A DNA stretch of 64,000 nucleotides. Source: Sarea resinae (Eukaryota). Positions 1-11,818 of the stretch are shown piece by piece. The stretch spans positions 124,001 to 188,000 of the forward strand of contig JAPEUD010000014.1 of NCBI GenBank assembly GCA_026026165.1. The letters run 5' to 3'. A program made the translations under genes and the position numbers. Below the pieces are notes generated by a model that worked only from the letters and a program-made list of their open reading frames with translations, made no database searches and was not told the DNA's origin. Position 1 is the stretch's first letter. The number at the start of each line of letters is the position of its first letter.

Positions 1-1795
1 GCAAGCCTGAATCGTGAGAACTTGTGGATACACGGAGACACACCAAGGGCGCAATGTTAGGTCAGAGTAGAGTAGAGTAGATAGTGGGCGAGCGGGCGCC
101 GGACTCGGGCCTTGGAGCCCATTCAGGGTAGTCGTAGCCGGTGCAAGCCGTTCCGAACCGAGTGAGGTGCACTTGAGAGTGGTCGGAATCCATCCTATTG
201 ATGCTCCAAGGACGGAGCACGAACACTGAGAGATGACGGTGTGGGGTAGGTAGGTCCAGATTCACGACCGAGACCTTCATCCATGCCGTTGTTGCAGGCG
301 ATTACCAGGTACCTACTTGACCTACATCTTGTTGATCTCAGGGAGGAGCGTACTCGTCGCATCTGGCGTATGATTATCACCTTGGATATTCTTGCACAGT
401 TGTGATCCGATGGATGTCTACAGCACGCAGTAGGTGGGTGCACATTATCTAGGTTGCTTCGAGGTGGGAGTGAGTGTGTGAGGGCTATAAATGACAGCCC
501 TGGAGAGTGATCACGGTCATTCATCTCACATCCACAAGGGATTACTCGTTGCAGTTGACTCTGGCTCTCGTTCCATGGATTGATGGAACTTGAAGTATCG
601 TCGACGAGTATGAGTACCTTACTGGCAGGTATGTCATAGGTCAGTCAGTGGTGGGGCTGTTGCCAGATAAGGTACCTTCCTGTACCGAATCTACATCGAT
701 GAAGGGAAGTAGTACTCATAGTCGAGTATCGTAGGGGAGGAGGGACGCTGGCGTCCACCACTTCAGGACCGGGCGCTAACTCCCGCCGCTGGTCCTGCAA
801 AGGCGCGCGCGAGAACGACCTTCTAGTACTATAGTACCTCGTACATGTACATGTAGGTGTTCGAGACGCTCTTACTACAGGTTGCTCTCCGCGTTTGGAA
901 TTGGCCGCTCTCGATGCGCATCAGATCTTCGGCCATTCATTGTTGTCGGTGCTCCTCTATCCCCACCTGTGCCCTTGCCCGTGAGATGACCTTGGCATCC
1001 ATTCCGCTGCCTCGACTGAATCCCGTCCCTCCAATACCGACCGACCATCCTGCCTACATTACCATCCGACCGCACTGCCCACCCGGTACAGCTGCTGTCG
1101 GCCGCAGAGGCTCGGTCAACTGCGTTAAGGCGTTGCTTGTATTGGATTGATCGATCAAATATGACTGTGCCGCTCCATGCTGCCGCCCTTTGACTGACCC
1201 TCGCCTCCCCGGGCCCGGACTGGGCGCCAAACGGGCCTCAAAACGGGCGTTCATCACTTTCCACTCGGAACGTCGATTATCAGACGACCTCGATGGATGT
1301 CCCGTCCCCCTCCCATCTGTAGTGAATCCTCTGTCTCTTTGCGTTCCTCTTTTTGGATCTGCACTGGTTCCTGTCGTCCCGACTTCATTGCAGCTTTCAT
1401 CGCCTGACACCACACTGAACTCGTCGCTGCCGACCCTGAACTCGGTTTGCGGGTGGGTGCACGACCGTCCTTGATCCAGGCTTGGATCCTGGGTTTCCTG
1501 TCCTCGGTCTCCCATCATTCACCGCCCACTTCCCCGGTCCATTGTCGTCTTTAAGACGGTAGTGATATCTCTCCAATTTCCTCGCTTCCTCATTCCATCT
1601 TTCCATCTTTCCATCTTCCACCATCTATCCTGCTCTTTCGCCGTGGCCCTTTACACTGTGGCCTTTAACACGCCATCTTCTTCCCCCCAGAGAGAACCGT
1701 CGCTCTTCCCTCTTCGCTCTTCACCAGGTCCTACATGACGGTCCGACTTGGCAAACAACTCCGACCACCAAATCCTGGACAACCAAAGGTTCGAG

Positions 1796-4757
1796 ATGCA
1801 GCATCAGATCCCTTCAGGCCGCGAAGTGATCGAAATCGATGATAGCAGCGACGACGAGCCATCTCATCGGAATCCAGAACCGGCCATCTGTCCTCCCCCA
1901 AGGATACCCGACATGTTCAGACCTCAGTCGTCTCCGTTCACCGAGGATGGTTGTCTCACGAAGATTCTCGACGTGATGCCAGACATCTGCCATGACCATG
2001 TTCGAAAGCTCTTCCAGGAGCACATGAAGCAAACTCCCTTGGAGGACCCCTTGCAGGCTCTCATGATAAGCATCTTGGATGCCGGAAATTATCCCAAGGA
2101 GAAGGAGAAGCAGAACTTGAAACGAAAGAGGGAAGCAGATGACGATGGGGAAGACGGTGACGGAGATGTGGCTGAGTGGCAGGCGCCAGGCCGCCAGTTG
2201 CCCACAGCTCAGTACTGTATAGCAGCGTAAGTGATATCTGCTATCATCTCTTTACTCGGAGGATTTTCTTTCGGGCTTTCCTCCTAGGGCATAGACGTTC
2301 TGTGGTTCTAGCTCTATTACTACGGAACTAGCCTACGTACTGGACGTCTAGGGAATCCTCTACCGATTTCTTTGCTTGACTTTACTTGCCTCACTTACTT
2401 GCAGTGCATTTCAAACCGCGTCACTGTCTACTATCACACTCGTCATTGTGATATAATTGCCGATTCACTGCTTGCTTTGCTCGCATGCGACATTTCTGCG
2501 TGCTTCCCTACAGGTCTCGTACAGCAGCTCTAATCTTTGGCAGTCGTGCAATTCTTCAGGACGAGTTCCCCAGCGTCCCAGTCAAGCATATCCATGACAT
2601 TCTTGATCGTACGACCTTCCTCTTCACCGCCTACTTTGCCCTTGAAGCCGGTGAGAGAACGTATGGAAGCCTGGAATTTCCACCATATAAGCGATTGAAA
2701 ACAGTCCGAAAGCAGAAGAACAGAGCGCCCGGGTCGTTTCTCCTCTATGAGGAAGCCGGACAACATCTAGGACTCGGCCAAACCACGGTAGAGAGAGAGC
2801 TCATGGCCGCGCGTAAGAAGCGTGGTAAAGATGCCGGTGAGTGCCAGATTCGGCCCCAGTGTGGCTTCTACCACTCTTCTGTCGTTGTTTCCAATCCGTG
2901 GAATTATTCACCTTTCCAAGCTGACACAAGGACCATAGCAAAGAGAAGGGTTCTAGAAGACTCTGCAGCGGCAGAGGCAGCGAATGAGAAGGAGCATATG
3001 GAAGCAGGAATGATGATGGAATGGTAAGCCGACGCAAACCAACTTCGGAGGCAGTCTCTAAATATCTTTCTCTTCAGTCAATGCTGTTTCTCTGAGTGGC
3101 CCATCAACCGAATGACCCACTGCAACGGACTTGACACTCACTTCTTCTGCCTAGAGTGTGCAAGACGGAATGCAGAGGTCGAGATTGGCAGGTCTCGCTA
3201 CGAAGTCAAATGCATGGATGGATCTGGCTGCGATGGCGAATTTGATAGACAGCAAATCGCACGCTTTCTTGACCGCAAAACCGTGGAGAAGCTGGAACGC
3301 TTGAGACAGCAGGAGGAGATCAGACTAGCCGGTCTAGATGATCTATCGAATTGCCCATTCTGCGATTTTGCTGCTATCTATCCCTCGGTCGAAGAAGATA
3401 AAGAATTCCGATGTGAAAATCCGGAATGTCAAAAGGTCTCTTGTCGGCTCTGTAATGTTGAGACACACGTTCCATTATCATGCGAGGAGTATGCCAAGGA
3501 TAACAAAGTCACCGTCAGACACCTAGTGGAAGAGGCGATGACGGAAGCGCTAGTCAGAAGCTGCAAGTGAGTCAAGCCCATGTGGACGTCAGGATCGTTC
3601 AGGGCGGACATCGCTAATTTTGCTCAGTAAATGCAAGAATAAATTCATCAAGGAGGATGGGTGCAATAAGATGGTCTGTACGCGCTGCGGCAATAAGCAA
3701 TGGTAAGAAACTATTTCCCAACGGAATGATCGATCAGCGCAATCGCCTGTCTCGAGAATGCTTCTACGCATGCTATTGGGGAGATAGATTGGCCTTGAAA
3801 GAGTCACAATCGAGTCGAGCGAGAAAGTACTGACCTTTTCCCAGCTATGTTTGTTCCAAGTCGATCAATAACTATGACCACTTTAACGACGTCCATCGTG
3901 GAGGAGCGCAAGGCAATTGCCCTCTGTTCGATGATACGGAGAAGCGTCACATCGACGACGTCAAGAAAGCGGAGGAGGCTGCGTTGGCTAAGATTAAACA
4001 ACAGAACCCAGAAATCAGCGAAGATGATTTGAAGATTCAGGTCTCGGATGCTGTCCAGCGCAAAGAACAACAGCGTCTTCGTGACTCCGAAGTGCGACAG
4101 AGACTGTATGACCCTGGACCCCATCTCGGGCGACACCGTCACCGACTACCACTCGAACTTGATCATATTCATCAGCTTCCGAGATTGGATAGAGCAGATT
4201 TCGATGAGCGTCGAATGGCTAGACTGGCGGAAGATTTGGGCCGAGCAGGAGAAGCAGGAAGGGCAGAAGATCGAGCGGCTAGACTGGCAGACTTGCGTCG
4301 CCGTCAGGAGCGAGTGGAAGAACAATTCCGGCAATTGGACCAGGAGAGGAGGGAATTCCAAGAGAGAAGGGATAGGGAGAGGAGGGAAATCCAAGAGGGG
4401 AGGGATAATGAGAGGAGGGAGATTGAGAGGAGAGATGTTTTTGCGATACATCGTGCTGGAGACGAACCGCATCCCATGCCAGATGCTGGTAGGCTCAACG
4501 ATATCTTCATGCCTCCACCTCTCCAGCTCCACCAACCTCCAAGGCGGGCTCCGTTTCTCATTCCTTTTCCTGCCCATCCAGCCTTGATGCCGCAGAACGC
4601 TCCGCACCTCGCTCAAAGGGATGAGCATTTTGGTGGTAGACATCTGCATGTGATGCCGCCTCTCGAACCTGATCCACATGAGCAAGTTGATGTGGCCGGG
4701 TGGCTTGGGCATCACCGTCCTAGGCATGCACAGGAGGAGAGGAATAACCACAGGTGA
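1796..4757 (+). CDS. RING-between-RING (RBR) E3 ubiquitin ligase, RNF216/TRIAD3-like
   Basis: Exons 1796-2226, 2544-2836, 2939-3023, 3078-3566, 3628-3702, 3845-4757 join in frame over GT-AG introns. RING1 CQCCF..HC..HFFCLEC..CMDGSGC, IBR CPFC..CENPEC..SCRLC..HVPLSC, RING2 CNKC..FIKEDGCNKMVCTRC..CYVC. Charged, then Pro/His-rich C-tail. Confidence 0.9.
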
Positions 4758-5338
4758 AGCTTTGAGCTCCGCTCGAGTCCAATTCGTTGACCAAAACGAG
4801 GGTCCGAAAGACCTATGGAGAATTGAATCTGCCCGCTGGAATTTTTCGGAACGAAGTGCTTCTTTTTTATACCCATTATTTGGTAATATTCGGTTCGAAA
4901 TTAGAAATTAGTTAAGCGTGTTTCTGTTCTTGTTTCTGTTTTCTCTGTTCTGTTTTGCGCCTGAATACCAACAGGGCGTTGAGCGTCTATACCCCTAAGC
5001 TTTGACTTCTTCCCGATTAAGATACGATACCTCCGTGGGATATTCGGCACGGTTCGTTGGGCGTTATTTTCTAGCGGAGCAGTGTTACAGTCAGTTTTAG
5101 TATAGCATGCGGGAAGTGGTAATAATGAAAGCGTCGTTATACGAAAAGACCGCTACAAAGCACTGAATCAACGAACATCTCCTACCGTTGCTTAGTCAAG
5201 TTTTGGTGATATGCAATTATACGGTAGAAAACAGGCAGTGGAATAAATGACCGAGTCCGACCCATTCAGACTCTTTGTTCGTCTTCTTTGGTATCGGCTC
5301 GCGCGCAGGGTATTCGCGGAAATCCTTGAAAATGCTGT

Positions 5339-6191
5339 CTACTGCTTTCTTTTCCTTTTGCCTTCTTCTATCCACATCTCGAGAGCAAATTCCCCAGCCC
5401 CTACCGCCCTTATCGGGGTCGTCTTCACGCCTCCTAGATCGCGGCCCTGATCCGTCGTCGTACTTCCCGAACTATCGTCTCCGTCTCGGTTCCTCGAGTG
5501 CTGCAGGGCTGGCTGAGCGGGAATCCAAGGCTGTGGGTGCGCAATGGGCGGATTCGCCTGATCTTTCAGTTCCACGCAGAGTGTGAACGAGCAGTTCTCG
5601 GGTAATGCGCCGAGCGTGCCGCCGCAGACAGAGAGCTTGCTCATCGCGCCGCGAAATTGCTCTTCCAAATCGACAACGGAGACGGACGGTGGATCGCTCG
5701 AGATCTCTTCTGCTGGAAGTGGAGTATTCTCAAAGGGTGTCAATGCCTCAGCTGGGGGCACGTTTGGGAGGCGCGAAACGTCGAACATGAAGCGCTCGAG
5801 TGGCTCGTTTTCGGGAGAGTATATCACGACGGCCACGCGCGCCACGGTGCCCTAACTGCCTCCGCTCCCGTCAGTCTGAAGCCTTGTCATTGACGCACAC
5901 TACACAGTCCTCCCCATTGTTTTTAACCTTTTTTGGTACTCAAACGGTCGAATCCCCACGTACCTTGAGCATCTCGGCCTCTACCGCGGCAACGGCATCC
6001 TGGATCCATTTGCACACCTTCGGATGCCGGTTCTGGCGCACGGGGTAATTGTATTTGCGACTGCTGAGGAAGGAGGATGCAGGGTAGATGGAGCGCTCGT
6101 AGAGGATTGTGTGGATGGCGACGGTGAGGAAGCTCGTGAAGGTGGAGACGAGGGCTTGGTAGGTGTTGAGAAGGGGAGGGTTTGTGGACAT
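5339..6191 (-). CDS. REV7: DNA polymerase zeta subunit Rev7 (HORMA domain)
   Basis: Exons 6191-5964 and 5851-5339. Motifs FLTVAIHTILYERSIYP..F..RKYNYPVRQNRHPKVCKWI, PLERFMFDV, DLEEQFR..LPENCSFTLCVEL. Confidence 0.92.
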
Positions 6192-6860
6192 GGCGGAGGG
6201 CGGAATGCGCGCACCCACGGCTGGGGCGCCCACGGCGAAGATTGGACGGAGTTTGCTTGGGCGGGGTGGGGGTGCTGGCTACCTTACCTACAGCGTACTG
6301 TAGAGGAACTGTTCCGCTGCGGCTGTATTGTTTACTCTGGACGAGTAGTCTCGATACAGGATCGGTGAGGGAGGCTAATGGATTGCAGCATTGTGCAGGA
6401 CAAGGGTGTGCTTACGAGTCGAGATGGAGGGGTGGAGGGGTGGAGGGGCGGCGGGCGGCGGGGCGGAGGGGTAATGAACAACGTCCAGGAGGGGAACACG
6501 ACGTCAACCTTGGAAGTGGGCGTTGTTGTCATCGAATTACGCTGCGAGTCGCGTGGTGGTGAGAGACTACTGCGCAGTAACGACACGTGCGGCAAGTTCC
6601 GGCCGACGCCTTCACTCGGGTGTCACTGCAGCTGTCACGGCCACTGCAGTGACCATCGAGTATCCGTGCTCTGGATAATAAAGTCAAATGCTACTCGGGA
6701 GGGCACAGAGACACTCAACACCAAACAAACGCGTGTGGAAGCCCCCAATCCCACACGCCCTCCCGCCCCACCCTTCCATTGTGTTGTCGCTGACAGACCT
6801 CGCATCATCCGCATCGGTGGCTCTTCTTTGATATCGTGGATTATCATCGAGGCTCCGAAC

Positions 6861-9800
6861 ATGGACCAACAATTACTGCAACTGCTCGCAGAGACGCAAA
6901 CTTCGGCCGAAGGCCCACGGAAGCACGCCGAGCAGCAGCTTCAGCAGCTCTACACCAACGAAGCCTTTCCCACCTCCTTGGCTTCGGTCGCCTCGCATCA
7001 TTCCGTCCCTCTCAACCTCCGCCAAGCCGCCCTCCTCGTCCTCAAGACCTTCGTCCAAGCTGCCTGGTCACCAGACTTCGAAGAGTTCAAGGGCCAGGTA
7101 CTGGTCAGTGAGCCGACGAAACAGCAATTACGCATCGTGCTGTTGGAGTTGGCCACAAGTGCGGATGCCGACCGAAAAGTGAAGAGCGCGGCCAGTTATG
7201 TGGTCAGCAAGATAGCAAGTGCGGACTTTCCCGATCAATGGCCAGACTTGCTTCCAACGCTACTACGTCTGATACCGACCAGCACCGATGCGCAATTGCA
7301 TGGAGCACTCAAGGTCCTGGGAGATCTGGTGGAAGATGGCTTCAGTGAGGATCAATTCTTCAAAGTGGCGAGGGATTTGATCAAAGTCGTCTACGATGTC
7401 GCCGTCAATGACACGAGGAAGGCCACTCTTCGGGCCTTGGCTGTTTCAATCTTCAGGGCGTCGCTTGATGTTTTGGAGACGGTCATGGAGGACCACAAGA
7501 CAGAGATCAGAGCTTTTGTGGAGGACGCATTGAACGCTTGGTTGCCTTTCTTTATCGACGTCATGAAGAAACAGCTGCCTCCTGTGCCAAAAGAGAATGA
7601 GGAGAACATCGAGGGAGGCCCACAGGAAGAATGGAGAGGGATCATCGCTCTGAAATTACAAGTCGTCAAGGTAGGCCGATCTTCACCTCCAAACATAGTC
7701 GGGAAACTAATCATATGGTAGACGCTGATGAAAGTGCGGACCGTCTTCCCTGCCCTTCTTTCACCACAAAGCCCTGTCCTATTTTCCGTGACATGGGAAG
7801 AGCTATCTCTGCTGCAGGGCCCATATCATGAAATGTACATTAATGACGAACGACAAGGGAGACTCGAAGACGCCGATGGACTTCCATACACGCTTGACTT
7901 TCTCGTGTTGGAGGAATTAGACTTCATGCAGGCTTGCATCAGAGCGCCGCCGGTGCGGAAGGAGTTGGAATCCCAACTTCAGACACAAGGTGCTGCAGGC
8001 GGACCTTCTGGGGCAAATTGGGTGACGGAGGTCATGAAGCTCGCAGTGGCTTATGCCCAAATCACGACAGAAGAGGAAGGCCTTTGGGACATTGATGTGA
8101 ACATTTTTCTGTCCGAGGAAACGAGTGTGACGGCAAACTACACTCCCCGAACTGCTTGCGGAGACCTAATCATCAAGATGGGCGAGTGGCTGAAGTCATT
8201 GACGGTTGAGGGTCTGCTGGCGTACACTAAAGAGGTTTTCTCCACTGGCCAGAGGTATTTCTTTTCCTGTACCCGTCTTCGCCAAATCAATCTAACTCAT
8301 CTAAAGCTCAAAGGCGAAAGAAGCCTCTTTGTATGTGCTGAATCAGCTCTTGAGCGACTTTCAGGATGTGAACCAGACAATAAGTCCCGAAGTCGCTCAT
8401 GGCTATACTGAGTTCATCGATCATTCTATGCAGCAAGGTAGATTGGTCTCTGAGGTTGTCGACTCTGGATGGTGCTGATTCTTAATAGAGGATATCTTTC
8501 TTCGAGCTCGGGGATACCTCGTTGCTGGTAGTCTGACCCGGACTTCGGGTGATGCGCTTAACCAAATAGCAGCCACTTTCATGGAGCGTTCCTTGAGAGC
8601 TGTAGCAGAAGACTCATCGGAAGTTGTCAAAGTATCCTGCCTCCGAGTACTTCAGGATTACCTGGGGGCACTCCCATCTTCACTCACCCTTCCGTTACAA
8701 GGACCGATCATCGCTTCCATCTCTACCTTCTTATCGTCACAAGATCTGGAAGAATTCACTGATAGTGACGACCTTATGGTCACACTGGTGGAAACACTCC
8801 GCGATGCCGTCATGCTCGACACTCGGATCTGCATTGCCCCTGGATCGGTCGCCCTCGAACTACTGTTTACGATTGCGAGCCATGGGGCTGACAACTTTCA
8901 ACTCACAATGCTCGTCGATGAGGCCTTTGAAGAAATCGCCTCGACCATCTCGGAAGCTGGAGCCGATGCTTATACCAGCCTCTGTGAGAAAGTTCTTCCG
9001 ACCCTGACTAGCGCGTTCGACGTCGGGCCGATGACCGAGCAGAATAATCTGACCAATGTGAGTTTCTCGTAGAGGTCTGCGTATTCCATGCTACAGGAAT
9101 AGCTAATGCTTTTGTCCAAATCTCACAGCTTGCCGCAGAGCTCTTGGCTCTGCTTGCAGAGAACGGCTCCGAACCACTGCCGAACGGATTTGTCGCTGCT
9201 GTCATGCCTAAATTGAACCGGCTTTTGCTAGCGTCAGATGATGGCGAACTGCTGCGGCCGGCCACGCAAGCTATAAAGCACATGCTCGTGCATGATAGCA
9301 AGCAGGTATTCGAGTGGACGGATAGCTCAACCGGCAAATCTAGCTTGGAGAGCATACTGGTCATTATCGACCGCCTTCTGGGACCCTCTTTGGATGACCA
9401 CGCCGCTGCCGAAGTGGGTGGCTTAGCAGCGGAGTTGGTCGAGAGGGCAGGGTCGGAACGATTAGGGCCGTATCTGTTACAGCTGCTTCGAGCGGTCGCC
9501 GTCCGTCTAGGCAGTGCCACACAGGCTCAATTCATCCAGTCCCTCATCTTGGTGTTTGCCCGACTGTCCCTGGTGAGCGCAAAGGACGTTGTCGATTTTT
9601 TGGCACAAGTTCAGGTCGGCAACGAGAGCGGTCTGCAGGTGGTCATGTCCAAGTGGCTGGAGAACTCGGTCAACTTTGCGGGCTATGATGAGATCCGTCA
9701 GAAGTACGATGATGCCGTCCCTTTTTGTTGGTCGTCTTCAACTGACATGTCACAATCTCCAGCGTGCTGGCATTGATCAAGATCTACAACCTCTCCGACC

Positions 9801-10429
9801 CGCGCCTGGCTCAGACGATGGTCAAAGGCGATCTCATCCCGTCCCAGAGTGACCGCATCCTGACGCGGTCACGAGCTCGTCTGAACCCGGATCAATACAC
9901 CATCATCCCCGTGCCGCTGAAATTAATGAAGGTCCTCGTCTCGGAGCTGTTGTCCGCCGAAGGAAATCCCCGCGCTCTCGACGCCGCCGCTGCAGCCGAA
10001 CTCGCTGAAGAGGGGAGTGATGACGGGGACTGGGAGGATGTGCCTAACGCGCTGGATCTGGGGTCTGCGGCCACGAGGAGAGGTAAGTCAAGTCCTAGCC
10101 TGTCTTTATCTAGAATCGTTGATTATTCGACCCTCTTCTCTTCTTTTCTTTTCTTTTCTTCTCCTTCTCTCCCTCCTCCCCCTTCCTTCTTTCCTTTCTC
10201 GCCTTACTGTAAGTGACTGACAGTATGCAAACGATCGACCACAGACCTCATGGAGTTCGCCGACGGTACGGGGATCGGAAGCTGGAATGCGCGCCAGCGA
10301 GACGACGAAACGCAAGCCGTGCTCGTCGACTTCTTCCGCGACGCCTCGGCCAAGCCCGGGTTCGAGGATCTCTTCGCGGCGCTGAATCCCGACGAGCAGG
10401 ACCGGTTGAGGTTGTTGGGTCAGCAGTAG
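6861..10429 (+). CDS. KAP114: Importin-9 / Kap114-like karyopherin beta
   Basis: Exons 6861-7670, 7722-8254, 8307-8437, 8489-9057, 9129-9703, 9763-10082, 10245-10429. Importin-beta N-terminal domain (RKHAEQQL, LRQAALLVLK, IASADFPDQWPDLL) and importin-9-type C-terminal VKGDLI..RILTRSRAR..PDQYT.IP motif. Confidence 0.9.
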
Positions 10430-10719
10430 GTCTGTATATGGATATGGATGCGAATGCGGATGCGGATGTGGTGCTTGGACGTATTGGAAGATGGGATGTG
10501 GGATGCATGCGTGGCATGGGACCAGTGTGTTCATGAGGATGAGTTGCAAGAATACCAGAGTAAATAAGTAGCGTTGTGGTTGTATGTGCGTGCGAGACGT
10601 GTCGTGCGAGATGCACGTACTTTTAGCGGATGCAGATTTTCTCGTTCTTCTCTCTTGTCGTCGTGTCGATAGTCTCTTGTCTTCGTCGTCTTCGTCATTG
10701 TCATCGCAGCGGTATCGGC

Positions 10720-10752
<33 letters not shown>

Positions 10753-11365
10753 CATGACCTGGTGAGGCCTGGCCTGGCCAGACATAATAAGGACAAAAGG
10801 GGTTGCCAAAGCGAGAAAGCGAGAACAGAGTCGAGAACAGAGTCGAGAGAGGGTCAAGAGAATCAGGAAAGAGAAAGGGGGAAGAGAAAGAGATTCCAAA
10901 TGAAAAAAAACGTAGATTTTCCCAAACAATTAGGATTCTACTCATACTCAAGATCGAGATTGAGATTTGTATCAAGGTTAAGATTTAAGATTGAGATTAA
11001 GATTGAGATTGAGATTGAGATTGAGATTGAGATTTTGTTTTTTAGGCATGAGCGTGAGCGTGAGTGTGAGCGTAGGGTTAAGAGTGAGTGTGAGTAGTTT
11101 GAATTCAAGAGTAGAGGTAGGTTTAAAGAGAGAGTGTGTGTGTAAGAGCGAGTGTAAGAGTAAGTGTAAGTAAGAACAAGGATAAGAGTGAGGATAGAGG
11201 TAAGGGTGAGGAGGATAAGGGATATAATAGTAGAGAAGGTGAGTGTTAGGTAGAGAGGAACAGGCTCTTAGGCTCTGAGGCTATTGTTAGTTGGGTTAGT
11301 AGAGTAGTAGAGTAGTAGATTCAGCTAACTAATTAGATAAGAGGTAGCTAGATATCTACTTAAGT

Positions 11366-11407
<42 letters not shown>

Positions 11408-11818
11408 CAAAAAAAAGGTAGTTTGTGATTGTAAACTGTAACAGATATTCTAAGGGAGAGAAAGATATAGAGGGACTCGAGAGAGAGAAAAAGGGAAGAG
11501 GAAGAGGAAGAGGAAGAGGACAAAGCAATACCTCTATATACATCTACCCCTTACTCTTACTGTACACTTACACTCACCCTCGCCCTCGTACTTTAAACTC
11601 TATCTCACACACCTGACATATCTCGCACGCCTCACACACATCTCGACGGCACCAATCGAAGATCTTTGTCACAAGAAAGATAGAAGATATAGCAATTACT
11701 ATTTCCCTATGCCTACCTCTCACTAACAGAATGACCTAACTATCTAGCCTGTCCTGTCCTACTCTGCTCTGCTCTGCTCTGCTCTGCGACATTCCTCTCT
11801 TCGGCCTTACCGCCCTCC
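10430..11818. repeat. Compound microsatellite / low-complexity island
   Basis: C30 (10721-10750), GAGAACAGAGTC repeats, (GAGATT)n ~10953-11033, (GAGTGT)-like arrays, (GA)n ~11372-11405, (GGAAGA)n ~11493-11520, (CTCTG)n ~11762-11786. Lies between convergent KAP114 and HET-C. Confidence 0.9.

Noticed and set aside
1..1700. Short ORFs at window start
   Set aside because: No recognisable motifs or consistent splice structure; likely promoter/leader of the RBR gene.
6378..6860. 161-codon in-frame extension upstream of KAP114
   Set aside because: Runs through the divergent promoter; importin-like sequence begins at MDQQLLQLL (6861).
10083..10244. Possible nested intron/stwintron in the last KAP114 intron (internal GTAAGT, CAG|TATGC)
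   Set aside because: The implied second intron would be only ~22-36 nt; a simple single intron restores the frame.
10106..10975. 289-aa and neighbouring ORFs in the repeat island
   Set aside because: Translations of microsatellites and poly-C; not gene-like.
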